Below are positions 14,971-29,110 of a stretch of 64,000 nucleotides of DNA, in pieces. A program made the position numbers and the translations under genes. The stretch's first letter is position 1; every line of letters starts with the position of its first letter. The notes under the pieces were generated by a model, which ran no database searches, was not told the DNA's origin, and was given only the letters and a program-made list of their open reading frames with translations. This DNA comes from Lama glama (taxonomy: Eukaryota): assembly GCA_028534125.1 (NCBI GenBank), contig CM052817.1, positions 48,672,001 to 48,736,000 of the forward strand, written 5' to 3'.

Positions 14971-15249
14971 TTTCTGTCTCTTCATATGACAATAATTTTG
15001 TATTATCATTTTATGGTCCAGTCTTTTCTCTAACACTATTGATTAAATTTGATTGATTTTTTTTTGGTAATTTAGAAAAGTTTCTTTCAACTTTATATCT
15101 TGTGGAAATTTAAGTTCAAAACCCATTTCCACCAAATACTAGCTCCTGAGTGACCTTGGAAATGTTACTAACACAAAGCTTTAGATTCCCCATTGGTTAA
15201 ATAGGGGTGTTACTTTTAATGCTGTGGCTCTTCTTCTATTATATTTAGA

Positions 15250-15595
15250 CCTGCATTGTCCAATATGGTAGCCACTAACCAAATGTGGTTGTTAAGCACT
15301 TGAAAGGCTAGTCTAAATTAATATGCAAACAGAAATACACATCTACTTCCAAAGATTTAGTAACACCACCCCCCCAAAAAAGATAAAATAGATCATTGAT
15401 TTTTTTGTATTGCATATATGTCAGGCTATAATATTGTATATATACACATATACATATACATATACACACACACACATAGGGTTAAATAAAATATATTAAC
15501 ATTAATTTCACCTACTTTTTACCTTTTTCATGTGGCTACTAGGAAATTTTAAATGACATATGTGGTTCATGTTATATTTCGATTGGACAGCACTT
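15250..15595. mobile_element. MER33/MER3-like hAT element with internal (TA/CA)n
   Basis: Inverted termini ctgcattgtccaat ... attggacagcact; atggtagccact and tgtggctact motifs. Confidence 0.7.
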
Positions 15596-17221
15596 CTCCA
15601 GAGCTTGGTATCCATTTGCCTTACCAAGACTAAATTAGAGCTTAGTTTTTCAAAAATATTTTGTACTTCCCACATAGAATGCTCTCACTATACATTATTT
15701 CCCTTTGCTTTGTACGCCAAGCAGAATTTGTCACCTAGAACAAGGGAGGTGTTATTATGACTTTTTGCCATCTAATAAGGATGTAAATAGGATGTTACAA
15801 AAATAACACAAACGCAAGGGAAGGAAGGGCAAATAGAACTGGGTGAAAGTGGTGAGGCAGAGATGGATTGATTATGAAGCTAATAAAGCTTAAGCTTCAG
15901 GGCCTTTTACTTGCCCTGGCTCCTTCCAAAACCCCAAGGGGATGCTAGCAATGTGTTCACAGAGTCTTATGTTTGTAGCTCTTGAAAATGTAAGATATTT
16001 TAACTACAACCAGTAACAACATCTGTCTCTCTCCATGGTGGCTTTCCTTTCATCATACTTTGCATCAAAAGGCATTGGGATGATCATAGGTATTTTTGAG
16101 ATTTGCCTAAGAAAGGTTGAATTGAGGAGAAATTGATTTTGAGTTTAGTGGGATAAATGTATGTGGTTTGTGAATGATTCAGTTGCTCTCGTTGTTCCAC
16201 TTTAGAAATGGCTTTCAGGAATACTCCTACCCCTTACCGTCTTATCGAACTCATCATGTTAACCTTGTGGGATGTCTATAACAGGAGTTTTTGCCCCTGT
16301 TTTACAGATAAGTAAAATGAAGCTCATAGAGACTCTTTTTTTTTTTTCTATAGAGGGTTACCTAGGAAATCTTTCGATTAACACTTGTAGTAAGTATCAC
16401 ATGACACTAATGGCAAAATAATTTACTCTCATTTGACTATAAAAATCTTGAAAATTCATAATATGTTATTCAGCTCTGCACATCTAAAACACCATGGCTA
16501 ATAAATCTTTAGCCACTACTAAATTTTTAACCATCTGAAAAACTTAACATGGAATATATTTTGTGAGTATATATTTAGGTTTGTTCCATACTGATGAGGC
16601 TGATGAAAATATAGTGGGAAATGTTATTAATATCTTTTGATCTCAAGTGAAAATGTTTAAATTCAATGCCCATGTCTTTCCTACGTGGGGCCTCTCTGTA
16701 GTTTGTATTAATGCCTCTCAGTCCCTCCCACTCTGAATGGAGTGCAATGGTCTGGGCTATACACTTAAATAAGATTAAATTCTACCTTTTAGATGTGCAG
16801 AGCAAGAGTTTCTTTAGTGAATACTTTTATCAATGTCATTGCTAACTCTCAGACATACCAAACTAAACATTAAATGCCAGAATCACTAGTATATAAGCAG
16901 CTTGAGGATAGGCAATATGACATAATTTTTGGCTTTTGCATATTTTAGATGCACATATAATTTGCTTTTAATTTGCAATTAATTTGCTTGTTGAAAATTA
17001 AATTTGTGGCTCCTGTGGGAGACAGTGGGTCTTAAGGTGGTTGTGAAGAAATTAGAACTTGTCCTTAGACAGCTGGATGTCCACTCCCATGAATGCTGCA
17101 CTGCCTGCTTCCAGAGAAAGTCTAGACCGTGAGTAATCACCTAGGTGTCCTGAGGTGATGGAGTTTCTGAAATGGTCCGACCTTCTTTCACCAACCCCCA
17201 ACTCCGCAAAGAAGAAAAAGA

Positions 17222-17514
17222 GTCAATTTCAAAATACATTTTAATATATATATCATCCAGGTCCAAAGTGGCATAATGTTATATTTCAAAGACAAATTTA
17301 TCCATTTAATTCTAGTATTCTTTTTCAGAAGTCAGTATTCTCCAGGAAGTATATATTTTCAGAAATTTCAAGAACATTTCTATAGGTAAACTAAGAATGA
17401 ATTTCTTCTGATACTCTCCAGTGTGTCTCAGCCTATTCCGTAATATGATCAATGAAAAAGATTCTCATGTGTCATCACATTTGAGGTGGCTTAGTTGAAA
17501 AAATTTGAGACAGC
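17222..17514 (-). other. AMTN: AMTN 3' UTR with ATTAAA polyadenylation signal (17240-17245)
   Basis: Follows the stop codon; tttaat on + reads ATTAAA on -; cleavage site approximate. Confidence 0.65.
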
Positions 17515-17525
17515 TTACTGAATTC
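17515..17525 (-). CDS. AMTN: Amelotin exon 9 coding part (G-I-Q-stop)
   Basis: ttttattccag|GA ATT CAG TAA completes the phase-1 Gly codon; total CDS 630 nt. Confidence 0.95.
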
Positions 17526-18203
17526 CTGGAATAAAATAAAACACTTTTAAATTTAGGTAAAAGCATTGAATTTAAACATTTTAATTTGAGATCAAAACTT
17601 CTTTTCTAGGGTCAAGAGTATCAATAGCGAATCATCCTTTTGTCCATTTGGACATTTGAAACACTTGGGTCTGGACATCCTCACAGATTAAACGATTATC
17701 TCTGTTGGTGCTAGAAGAGCTTATTTTTGCCACGTTTTAAAAGTTCCATCTGAGGGGAATGGCACGTGGGTTCATCTACTGTGCTAACTGCATCTATTAC
17801 TAGTGGCTGCTTGCAACCTTATGTTAGGAAGATTCTGAGACTCATCCATGATTAGGGAGTAGAAAAGAATATCTTGATTGATTAGCTGTGTCCTGTGTGT
17901 GTTTGAGGGTTGTGGGGGTGGGGAGGATAGGAAAGGGAGAGCACCGTTTGTTTCCAAATATTTCTAGCTCTGATTTAAAATAGAAGATAAGTTATGCCAG
18001 CAATTAAATGTCTTCTTTCTGGTAGATTTGATAGGGTTGGTAGCCTAGTGAAAACACTCCCTCACATTGCTGCAATCAAATGTGATGAATAAAAGGGCTC
18101 CCTGGTATTACTGGGATCTGCATTTGTCAAGGCAAGAATTCTCCTTCCACTTTGCAGATGACTTTCATGGCCCAGGGGCACATGAGCGGCTTGGAGAATT
18201 TAC

Positions 18204-18468
18204 CATTTGGCGATGGTGTGGTGGTTTCCTCCATAGTGTGTGTGCCCCTTTGGATGCCTGCAGGGGTGGTCACTACAAAGTCATCATCTGTGCCACTGGA
18301 AGTTGGGAGGGGGCCCCGTGGCGTTCCCTGGTTGGCAGAATTTACTCCTGCTTGTCCTGCAGGAAGGATTCCGTTCTGGACATCTGGATTAGCCTGACTG
18401 GTGGGCTGGATGGCTCCAGGGAACAAGGGATGGAAGATAAGGCCTGTGAAGATTTGCGGGGCTGCTGG
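18204..18468 (-). CDS. AMTN: Amelotin exon 8 (PAAPQIFTGLIFHPLFPG...GTDDDFVVTTPAGIQRGTHTMEETTTPSPN)
   Basis: 265 nt (88 codons + 1), ttccag| ... g|gtaaat; lies within ORF 18127..18660; clear match to the AMTN C-terminal half. Confidence 0.97.
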
Positions 18469-20641
18469 CTGGAATGAGGGAAGGAAAAAGAAAACAAAGT
18501 CAAAAGAACACATTTTAAGGCTGGTCAACCACCTTTTTCTTCTTGGTGGGTAGCAAGTTTGGGTAGGATTTGCAGATGGAGAGGGTAGAGCCAGTAAAGA
18601 TTGAGCCTTCCTCGGAGGAAATGCCGCCCCTACCTGAGCCAAGCCTGATGCTGGTTTCATTACTAGGATTCCTTGATGTGCTCCATTTCCCTCAGGAGGG
18701 GAGAGCCAGAATCAAGTCAGGCCCAGGAAAAGGAAAAATGCATAATTTGTTCGTATCAGGTACAGCTGGAGGTAGAGCTAAGGCAGAGAATCCATACATT
18801 ACAGTGGGTTGTATCTCTGTTATTGACCTAAATCATAGTCTTTCACCCATATATATTTTAAAGTAATTTAAGAGATAAAATTAATGGAAAATTAATGCAA
18901 TCAATCCTTCTCTCATGGTTTGTATCCCTTCAGATTTCTTTTAAGGTATTTTTCAAAGGCATTGGAATATTTAGTCAGAAATCTTTCTTTTGGTAATTCG
19001 ACCACTGGTGTATTCCTTGAGGTTATTCAGTGGATCTCCTCTCTATCGGACTGTCAATGATTTGCACACTGGTAATGAATGCTGTTGCTGCCTACAATTG
19101 TTCTTTTTTCCCCCTGGGAAAAAATTACTGTGAAATTTCTTCCAAAGAAGAAATAATTTGAAATCAGCTAGTTTCAGAGAGAAGTCAGGCAGGAATCAGC
19201 TGGTTTTAGAGAGAGTTCGATGGGATTCTCGAAGAACCAAAAGGGTTGAAGTCTCATAATTAAGATACAGGTCCATTTCCTTGAGTGCGGTTCTCAATTG
19301 TTACTTTGCATAAGAGCCACTTAAGAGGTAGAAATATGCACTTTCAACCAGCACTCCAAGTTGTCCTGGTTTGATGGTCCAGGACTGAAGTTTGGAAAAC
19401 ACTGTCTTAGATTTATGTTGTACTGAAACCAGAATTCGACTTATGCCGGATAAGAGACAGGAGTAGAGTACAGAAGTTTTCAGGTTAGGGGTTGTGACAT
19501 CCATGCATTTGAAACAAAGAAAGTGGGTGGTACCATCATTTAAAAGTAAGACAACAATAATAGATTATAAATTACCAAGTGCATTCTATATGTTAAGGGT
19601 AAATATTGTTTCATAAAATGCATTTGTGTTGGCTGCATGAAAAATAAAGCTGTTACTATGGATTTCACTAAAAAAAAAATGAAAATCACTGGTACAGTGG
19701 ATAGAAGAATGATTTTCAATCTGGATCTATTCTTTTTTGACCTTGGGACCTAAGTTGAGTAAGCTTTCAGAGCCACAGTTTCTATTTCTGTAAAGTTGGA
19801 TTAAAAATCTCTGTTTTGTAATTTGTTGAGGATTAGAGGCCATATGTGTAAAAAGGTCTACTAAAATCCCTGTTTTTACAGAATTGGGTCAATAACTGGT
19901 AGATATGGGTGCTCATGTATAAATGTTGGCAGAATTGTTACTTTATTTTATTTATGGACAGTCTATCAAGTCTCTACCTTTTCCATAATAGAAACATTTA
20001 AAGAACTGTCTTCCCAGATATTGCCTCAACTCTTTAGTTCAGTATCATGTTTAGATACATTAATTCAAGTCATTTTTTTCTAAAAATGACTTGTGGGGAA
20101 ATATATAGAAGTGTTTAGTAATGGTAATATGAATTTTACCTAGGTTCAGCCCTCTAATTATTCATATGTATAGTGAAGAGTTCATTCATCACCATAAGAG
20201 GATAATTTCCTCCAAGAATTAAAAATTTGTCAAGAAAATAAATCTTTCCTGCAATAAATACCAATATATGTATTGTTCTACATCTGCATGCATTTCAATA
20301 ACTTACAGTCCCATATTTTAATCAATCTAAAGTGTAAAAATATGCATTGGCTTTTGGGATAGAACTGAATCTAACATCAAATACAGAGAACAAAAGTTAA
20401 GTCAAGTTAATGGGAAAGTAGATGGAGAAGGATGATGAAGTCCCCAGCTGGACAAAGGATTTATCTAATGCGAAAACCTATAAAAATGTTCAGTTCATTG
20501 TAGTATGCACCAGGTTTAGGTTTTGTGATCAAAAGAGACTATATGAAAGCATTATATTAAAAAAAAAAAAAAGAAAACAGCATTGTGGTAGCAGTGAAAA
20601 GAATTTGAAATGCTAGTAATTAAAAAAATTTTTTTTTTTAC

Positions 20642-20668
20642 CAATTCTTCTGAGCTTAGGATAGTACC
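20642..20668 (-). CDS. AMTN: Amelotin exon 7 (GTILSSEEL)
   Basis: 27 nt, tttag| ... |gtaaaa; carries the conserved SSEEL S-x-E phosphorylation motif. Confidence 0.96.
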
Positions 20669-21579
20669 CTAAAGGGAAAATAATAACACAGATTATTAGG
20701 CAACTTTTAATATATTTGAGGCAAGATATAAATAACATAACTTTAAAACTTAAAATAATTTTAAAGATTATAAAACAGATGTATACATTTTTAATTTTCA
20801 GTAATAGTTTAAACTGCCTTTGTGACTTGTATCACAAAACTCAAGTCAGCACATGATATTGCACTGCTAACATTTATTATCTGAGTGATGGGAAGTCTTC
20901 TGCATTTAAAAAATTATATATATTTCTATTATTAAGTAATAGGTGCATATTAGAGGAAACTTGGACTTTGCAGAAAGCAATAAAGAAAAAAATATAATCC
21001 CATCATGCAGAATTTGATATATTTTCTCCAGATGCTTTTCGAACATTTCTTTTTAACATACTAGAAGTCATGTCATTTATACAATTTGTCTTACCTTTTC
21101 TTTTAATACTACATGATAATCATTTAGCCATATTACCAACAAATTTTAATAAATATACTTCTGAATGGCCACAGAGTATTTGCTTTTATGTTGTACAGTT
21201 TACTTAATAATTTTCCTTTTGTTTAAATTTAAGTTGCACCTAATAATCTTCTCTACTATAAAAATTATTTTGATCAATATATTTGCACATAAACTTTAAT
21301 TAATAAAGTTAAATAAGATTTAATGTGAATTTTATATTTGATTCCGCTTTTAGAAGTAAAAGCTGCCATCTGATGCTCATATTTGATCTTGGCTCTTGGT
21401 GATTTTATCATTGATCTCAAGAGTTACCTTTCATAAAGGAAAATAGGGAGAGATGAAAATGTTTTATTATTTTCAGGGAAAAGGTATATAGTTAATAAGT
21501 AAACTTGAGATTAAAAATTCCCCAAATTATTAATTATTAGGTAAGTCCATTAACTTGTTTTAACACTGTGGTTTAAATG

Positions 21580-21795
21580 ATTGTTTGCTTCATCTGTGAC
21601 ATTTACTAACTGTGTGATTGTAGCTGAGTAACTATAAGATTGCCGGCACTCATCTTCAAATTGGAAAGAAATATATTGTCTATAAAAGTTTGCTTTGAAG
21701 ATTAGGTGAGGTAGTACATAGTAAATAAAAAGGTGCTTAGCTCAGTACCTGGCACATAGTAAGTGCTCAGTAAGTGTTAGTTCTTGTTATTATCA
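21580..21795 (+). mobile_element. MIR SINE in AMTN intron 6
   Basis: cttagctcagtacctggcacatagtaagtgctcagtaagtgttag 3' end. Confidence 0.7.
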
Positions 21796-21914
21796 GTGTC
21801 TATAAGGTGCAAAGTAGATAGGAAACTTGGTGACTATCTGGTGAATTGAGACAGGATTAAATATTTCATGCTAAGATGATTTAAAATAAAAATCTTATTA
21901 CAAAATAATCTTAC

Positions 21915-21950
21915 CTGGACTCCAAGGTGTGCTACTATAACTGGTAATAT
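21915..21950 (-). CDS. AMTN: Amelotin exon 6 (ILPVIVAHLGVQ)
   Basis: 36 nt, ttttcag| ... |gtaaga; similar to human VLPIFVTQLGAQ. Confidence 0.94.
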
Positions 21951-22682
21951 CTGAAAAAAAAAGTGAAAAATTTAGTAAAAGAGATATTAAAAGGTAAGTT
22001 CTGGCAGATGATATAAATATTGAGACTTTCTTAAAAGTATACAATATGTGTTGAACAAATATTTGTGTGAATGTGTCATCTATAATCATAGATGTAGACT
22101 CATAGAGCCAGACTGGAATTGGCACTCATCCAATCTGAAAAAGAAAATTAGACTCAGAGAGATTTAGAAACCAGTCCAAGGCAGCACATTTAAAAGGTAG
22201 ACGTTAGTAAATTGGATGAACAAAAAATAATTTTGGTCTCAAGCTATCTCAAAACTTAAAATTATTCCAAGTAGTCATGAAGATAAAACACATATTTCTT
22301 TTCTATGGCATCTCAGAAGACACATGAAAACATGGAATGGATATTTTAAAATACAAAGATTTCTTGAAGCATATGTATTTAGTCTCATAATGATTACCTG
22401 GATATTTTGCTATTAAAATTGAGCACTGCTCGGAAAGTGTGGATGATGCTGTCCAAGAACCCCAATCCTAGCAGAGCTCTTAGAGCTAAGTGAGAAATAC
22501 TGGTCCCTGACAACTTTGTAAATGCTATGAATTTATAGTTGAAAAGACTTGGGTGAGATGCTGGTGTGCTCTAGCAATCTAAGAACTAAAGTTACGGTTT
22601 GTCAAACAAAAACTAGGGTTCCAAGGTTTATTTTTATTTCTATAGAAATTCACATAATGTCACAGAAGTTACCAAAATGGAA

Positions 22683-22963
22683 AATAAATTTATGGTTACC
22701 AGGGGGAAGGATGTGGGAAGGGATAAATTGGGAGTTCGAGATTTGCAGATACTGACTGGTATAAATAAAATAGATAAACAAGTTTATACTGTATAGCACA
22801 GGGAACTATATTTGATACCTTGTAGTAGCTTACAGTGAAAAAGAATATATATGTATATATGTATATTCATGTATGACTGTGCTGTACACCAGATATTGAC
22901 ACAAATTGTAAACTGACTATACTTCAATTAAAAAAAAAGTAAAAAAAAAACCCCCAAAACTAA
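22683..22963 (+). mobile_element. Young 5'-truncated L1 with poly(A) and 12-bp TSD in AMTN intron 5
   Basis: TSD accaaaatggaa at 22671-22682 and 22964-22975; L1 3'UTR gtatagcacagggaactatat. Confidence 0.85.
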
Positions 22964-23359
22964 ACCAAAATGGAACTTTTAATACTAAAGTCTTACAAGA
23001 AGACTCAACTTTATTATTTCTCAAGGCAATTTGTACAATAATACTCATAATGCCAAAAGGTAAAAAGTACACACATTGAAGAAAAAGCTTTCTTCTCAGC
23101 CAGATGCTTCGCTAATGACAAAAAGCAATGTATCTTCAAGATGGCAATGGAAAAGTAGATTGAAGAGAAGGGACACAGGATTTGGGAGAAAACAAAATTG
23201 AAATTTCTTCTTTTAAAGCAAATTGGAAGGAACAAAAAGATACAAAGAGAAAACCACAGATGTCTAAATAAAAACTGTAATGAAAAATAATTTAATAATG
23301 TAACACCAATGCAGCGCTAAGAAGAAAAATTATTAGTTTTTGGTAGAGAAATTGCTTGA

Positions 23360-23590
23360 AATAATAATAGCTAACACTTACTGAGTGATTTCCACGTGAC
23401 AGGCACTGTTCTAAGATTTTATATAAATTTGCTCATTTAATCCTTCTAATAGCTATAGCAGTAGATTTTAATTAATTCCTACTTTACGTTATGAGGAGAG
23501 TGAGCCACAGAAGTTTAAGTAACTTGGCCACCCTGGAGAGCTGGGATTTGACTAGAAGTTTTGTGGTTCTAGAGTTCACTCTTAATCATA
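23360..23590 (-). mobile_element. MIR SINE
   Basis: aatagctaacacttactgag...caggcactgttcta...aagtaacttggcc. Confidence 0.65.
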
Positions 23591-25607
23591 TTGGCCTTGC
23601 TTAGGTAAATGAGAGATGTGGACAGGTGCCCAAGTTTCTGGCAGAGGACATAAACTACGCTGCATAGGGAGAGGCAGAGTCAGAGGGTCTGAGGCCGCAC
23701 AGCATAAGGCAGGCATGGGGACCCTTGATTGTGGCAAAGCCTAGAGACATTGAAGAATCCCTCCAAGAAAGGGGATTGATGTATATTACTGCATGTTGGG
23801 GAGCATGCCATGTCAACCCGTCTCTACTGAATCTTCAGTAACATCTACAGTGCCCACTAATGCCTTTGACTCCAGCGGATATATTCTTTGGTGAAAATGA
23901 AGATGTACTAAGTCTGACTTTGAGGTTAGAGCAGGGCGACAACTGAAACTGAAGGTGGGTAGTTGGCAGATGGATTATACTAGGGTCACATAAAGAGATT
24001 CTCATTTTATTTGCTTCTCTCTCTAGTCTTTTCAGAGGATCACTTTTATTATTAAGATGTAAATAAACAGAAATACTTTGAGTGAAAGCTTTAATATGTC
24101 TGTAAAAAAAAGTACTGACTGATAGACAAGTATACACCTCAATATTAAAAATATGTAAAAATAAGTTATAGAGTTTTATAAATACGAGAAAATGAAGCAG
24201 TATAGTATTTCTTGCGTTGTTATTTTGGACAAAGGTACAGAAAAAGTAGTTGCATGTGATGTAAAATTTAAACTGAGCAGCTTAAAATATTTTGGCAATT
24301 AAACTCAGTTTTGATTATAGTTACTAATCAAACTTGCTATTATTAAAACCTGGAGGTGTCCATAGTGATAGGAAGATGGTTAGGGTATATTCATGCTTGA
24401 TAATTTGGGAAATGTGTATTGAAAGTCATACATTTTTGTATGTATTTGGACCCATAAATTCTATTCCTAAGAATTGGTCTTAAGGAAGTAATCACCAATA
24501 TGGTCAAAGACTTAGTCAAAGGATGTTCACTGTAGTATTGTTTATAGAAACAAAAATTTTGAAAAAAAACCCCTATTTTTTACATTATGATAGAATATAA
24601 GCAATCATTAAAAACAATGTTGTAAGTATTCTCAATATTATAAGTGAATATTCAAAATATAGGAAAGGATATTCAAAATGTGTTATGTGAAAAATGAGAT
24701 TATAGAACATTAGATATAGTAAAAACATATTTTCTTTAACAAACTGTACTCACATTCATAGAACAAAGACTGGAAGGACATGCCCTAGAATGCTGACTGT
24801 GTTTTATTCTGGCTGATAGGTTTATGGGTGAATTGTCTTTTTTCTTTTTTCTTATCTGTATTTTCTCTCTAATTAACATATACTATGTATGTAATAATCA
24901 AGAAAGCCTCTACAAAAAATTAGACCATTATGTGGGAATGATAAGGGCTGAGGTAATGTGTTAGGAAGAACAAGTTAGCTATAACCCACTTAGCCATAAA
25001 GGGACCATTGTATTTTCGCTTGAAATACTTCTGAAAGCGGTGATGTGCTTAGCATGTCATTTATATCTGTGTGAGAGGGGTTTCAGGGTTTCTCCTGAAA
25101 GCAAATCGTGGTGGGAGGAGAGAAGGAACTAGAGAATTCTTGAGGACTTGAGAGGAGGCATGAAAAAAGGGACCCAAAAGAAGGAGATTAGATTTGCTGA
25201 AAACGAACTTTATCTGTCTCTTATTTTCCCTTTGAAATGATTTTGGTCCCTCAGAAAAGTCTTCAGAAGCAATCAGAGCAAGCCGGAGAAGAATCCTGAT
25301 CCCTCTCAATCCCCCTGCAACCTTTACTTCTCAGTCTCCCCCAGCTCTGCACATTTCCTGTTACCTATTACAGATGTGTTCTAGAGGCGTCGTGGGGCAG
25401 CATGCTCAGCTTTCTGGGTGTGTTTTCATAAGGTTTCAGCAAGAACCACACTACCCCAAACTGCTGTGTGTTTAGTGGGGCTTCTCTCTGCAAATTACCT
25501 CGATAAAACTTTCAAGAACCTTGAAAAAATTCTTTTCTCCTCTTTTGGTTTCCGCCCGATTGAAAATGCTCCCCAGTGTTAAACTGAAGCCTCATCATTG
25601 AACTTAC

Positions 25608-25691
25608 TTGTGGTTGTAGTTGCTGTTTCACGTTCAGTCCCCCCAGGGTCAGTGGGAGGGTCTGGGAACCAGGTGCCATCCCAGGATTTAG
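25608..25691 (-). CDS. AMTN: Amelotin exon 5 (LNPGMAPGSQTLPLTLGGLNVKQQLQPQ)
   Basis: 84 nt, ctacag| ... |gtaagt; lies within ORF 25512..25718. Confidence 0.96.
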
Positions 25692-26613
25692 CTGTAGGGC
25701 AGTGAAGAAGATTTTCATTGTGTTGTTTCAGTTTGAAAATTCAGGAAACTAAGCTGTATTTAAATGTAAAATATATTTAAAGGGAGGATTTGCTATGCAA
25801 ATCTATACTATTGTATTTGGAATTAGATTTAGAAATGAAATTCAAAGACTTGTTGAGTCTATTAGTACAATTACGAAGCCCAGGACTAAGTTTTCTCATA
25901 TTAAGTTTTTTTTGGCATTTAACCCATTCTCCTATGTATTACTTAGGTGATTTTATCCTTGCTTTCTCCTTTTTGGCTATAACAGAAATGAAATTTCTGT
26001 TCCTGGAATTTTTCTGATAGCTTTCTTATGAAGAAATGAGTTCCTTCATAGGTATCTCTATGAAAATTGTGATGATCAGAGTAAGATATCTAGTCTGAAT
26101 ATCATCTAATACTGTATTTAAATCTGACCCCTGGAATAAAACCCACTTTAAGCAGAAAAGAAACTTACTAATTATTTTATCACCCAAACAGATTAAACTA
26201 TAGGATATTCTATGAAAAGTATGTGCATATTTCTACCCTTTCTTGTTTGCTCCTGTCGCTGGGGTGATGATAGAGGTCATAGTCCTTGTGTGGGTGTGTG
26301 GATGTTGTAGGGGCAGAGAGGAAGATGTCATAGGAATGGGGAGGGGAGCTCGGAGAAGAGGTGAGAAGAAGTAAAGAAGTAAAGACCTGAGAATTAGATT
26401 AATTCCTTTAGAGCTTCTTGTGCTAAGAAAACTTTTTTATGATGTATCAAATAGCATCCAAGTCTCTTTTGACTTTTCTCTGTCATCTTTCAGCTTATCT
26501 GCAATGAATATGTGTATATGTGTACATCTTTGGATACACAGACACATACATTGAACATTGGGTATTATATTTATTTAACTATGGATATTAAAATGATGTA
26601 AAAGAGTACTTAC

Positions 26614-26679
26614 CAGTTGCAGATCTGACCCCAGTGTGAGCATCTGTGTCAATGGTATTAGACTTAAAGAAGGGAAGAC
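26614..26679 (-). CDS. AMTN: Amelotin exon 4 (VFPSLSLIPLTQMLTLGSDLQL)
   Basis: 66 nt, ctgcag| ... |gtaagt; contains the conserved IPLT motif. Confidence 0.97.
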
Positions 26680-27626
26680 CTGCAGGGCATCGAAATTGAT
26701 GTGTGAGACAGAAGGTTGATTTTACTGTGCTGTTAGTGGTGGAGATCCTCAAGTAACCTATACCCTTAATATGAGGGTAAGTGAAGATGAAGCTTCAATG
26801 ACTCTCACTAGCATTGCTCCCTTCCATGGCCCTCGGAGAAAACCTCACAATGCCCTAGTTGAAGGTATTTATCAGCTTAAAAATGTGTAATTTACTCTTA
26901 TTTTTTGCCTCGTTATAAATTATTCACTTTAGCAATAAATTTTACATATCTAATTTCGTATTCTTTTTCAGAAAAGGTCCCCAGATTGTATAAGCCTGAG
27001 TTTCTTAAGGAGGGGGGTCAGCTCCTGACTTGAGTGTTGCATAATGTCCAGAGACCAAAAAGAGAACTTTAGACTTTGGTGTTACTGCACTAGTTCACGA
27101 AGTCTAGTTGTAGGTAAGGAGGGGTCCTTTTGAGCAAAGGAAGGGTTGGGGTGGGAAGAAGAGGGGTAGCCAAGAGATAATGCACTTTTCAAAAGTATTT
27201 AGATATGCTTCAGAGACAGATTTTACAGTAACTCATAAGCTCATCAGCAACAGTGGAATTTAAGAAAACCATGAGGAAATCGGCAATCATTTTATAGACT
27301 GCCTCTTAATCCCTGCGAGTTCTGGCAAATACCATATATGATTATGTCACAAGGGAATAGATGAGCAAACTTTTTCAACAGGTGTAGCTATTGCTCTTCA
27401 GAGTTTACTAGATTTCATTGCTAAACAAAATTACTATTTATACAAGAGGAAAAAGAATGAGGATTGCTTTTCCTGCTCAAAGTTTTCGTAACAGCGTATT
27501 TCTTGTTTTTCCCCCCACAGGTAAAACTTTTCTTTCTGTTGCTCAGTCATGAGATTTTGGGTGAATCGTAATTTTAAATCCACTAGACTTAACGTCTGCA
27601 GATGTTCCCTACTGTAGAACTCTTAC

Positions 27627-27713
27627 CGGATTTGGCTGCTGTTGGTTTAGTGGTGTTGCCTGATCTGGAACCAGCTTTGCTGGAGGAAGTCCCAGAGTAG
27701 GGTTGACCTGCAT
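27627..27713 (-). CDS. AMTN: Amelotin exon 3 (MQVNPTLGLPPAKLVPDQATPLNQQQPNP)
   Basis: 87 nt, acag| ... |gtaaga, phase 0/0; P/Q-rich peptide similar to AMTN exon 3. Confidence 0.95.
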
Positions 27714-28689
27714 CTGTGATAACAGACATTTGAAGAGGCAGGAATGTGTTTGAGAGTTTATATCCATTTATTTCTGGGAGTTAACAAGTTGACCCAAATG
27801 CAGAAATGTCTGTCTTTAGCCTCTGTGTGTTTTGAGCAGTCTTGACTCCCTGAAACATTTTGGGCATGACAGGAGATGGAAATGCTTAGTGGAAAAGTAC
27901 CAGAGCACGAGCGGGTGCTATGAGGAGGGACAGAGGGTGAGGTAGGGCACATGGATTTCTGGTGGTAGTTCCTAGGCTCCCACTTCTTTTCTGAAATTCC
28001 CTTCTTCCTTTTCCAGGACATGAAATACATAATTCACACCTTGGCTCTGTACACATTTGCTTTTTCCCAATGCTTGAAGATAAGCTGCCATGATTTCTAC
28101 TGTATTTTCATTAAGCTTCCCGCATTTGCCTCACACCCGACAAGTTAGTTCCTGTAATGGAAATTCAGTCCTCTTCCTAGTCAGGGTAGATTCATAGTGT
28201 ATTAAGAATAACTGAATTTTAGGGGTAAAAATCTCCTTGAATTCATATGCTCTAGTTGTATGGTTTTGTTTTATAAGTGAGGAACCTGAGACCCAGACAA
28301 GCAACGTGATCTGTCCAAGGTGGTATGTTGAGTGGCAGAGTTTGTACTAGGATCCCTACAAGTGCTCTTAGTCTTTGAAGAAATGAATTCTTCTATTTGC
28401 TTCTCTTAGCACTCCATCTGCATTCAGGTGGACGCTCCCTGGCCGGGTTGACCCAGTGGCCATTGCTTCCAGCTGTAGCCACAAGGGCAGTGTTGTGTGC
28501 ACCCCCACTCCCCGCTCCCCCAGCGCTGCATCGATCCTTGGATCACTTGGATATATCTTGGAGCTGCCACTAACTCTTTGTTTCACTTTGGTCTTTTCCC
28601 TCAGTTGTAAGAGGTAGGATTGACTCTATCTGTCCTTAGCGGTCCCTTTAAGCTTTAAGGTTATGTAAATACAAATTCTGCAAATGTCT

Positions 28690-29110
28690 TTTCATCCCCT
28701 GCAATGCATTGTCAGCATGGCAGTCAGAAGGATCCTTTGAAAACAATAGTTTGGTCATTTCATTTCTCTACCCATTCCCTGCCTTGACTTCCATTTTCAC
28801 TCAGAGTGAAAACCAGAGACCCCACGATGGCCTAAAAAGGCTCTCAGGTCCTGGGCCCCCAGAGCCTCTCTGACCTTCCATCCCACCTCATTTCCTCTCA
28901 TTCACTCTACTACTGCCATTCAGGCAACTTGCAGTCTCTGGAACAGGTAAGGCCCACTCCTGCCTCAGATCCTCACCTCCACCTGTTACCTCTGTCTGGA
29001 ATACATCTTGCCCTAGACTTTGGCTCAGTCCTTCCCCTGCTTCAAGTTGTTGGTTGAGTTCATCTTCTTTTTGAGGTCTATTCTGACTACCCCTCTGAAT
29101 ATGCAACCTG
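28690..29110 (+). mobile_element. L2 3' region fragment
   Basis: Pyrimidine-rich L2 motifs such as ctgttacctctgtctggaatacatctt. Confidence 0.55.

Noticed and set aside
1..17200. Search for AMBN exons downstream of AMTN
   Set aside because: No MSASK-like start or ameloblastin peptide found; AMBN is expected beyond the window by synteny
18067..18477. Plus-strand ORFs of 136 aa and 81 aa
   Set aside because: Antisense shadows of AMTN exon 8
18127..18660. 177-aa minus-strand ORF treated as a standalone gene
   Set aside because: It is AMTN exon 8 plus in-frame intronic run-through on both sides; splice sites delimit 18204-18468
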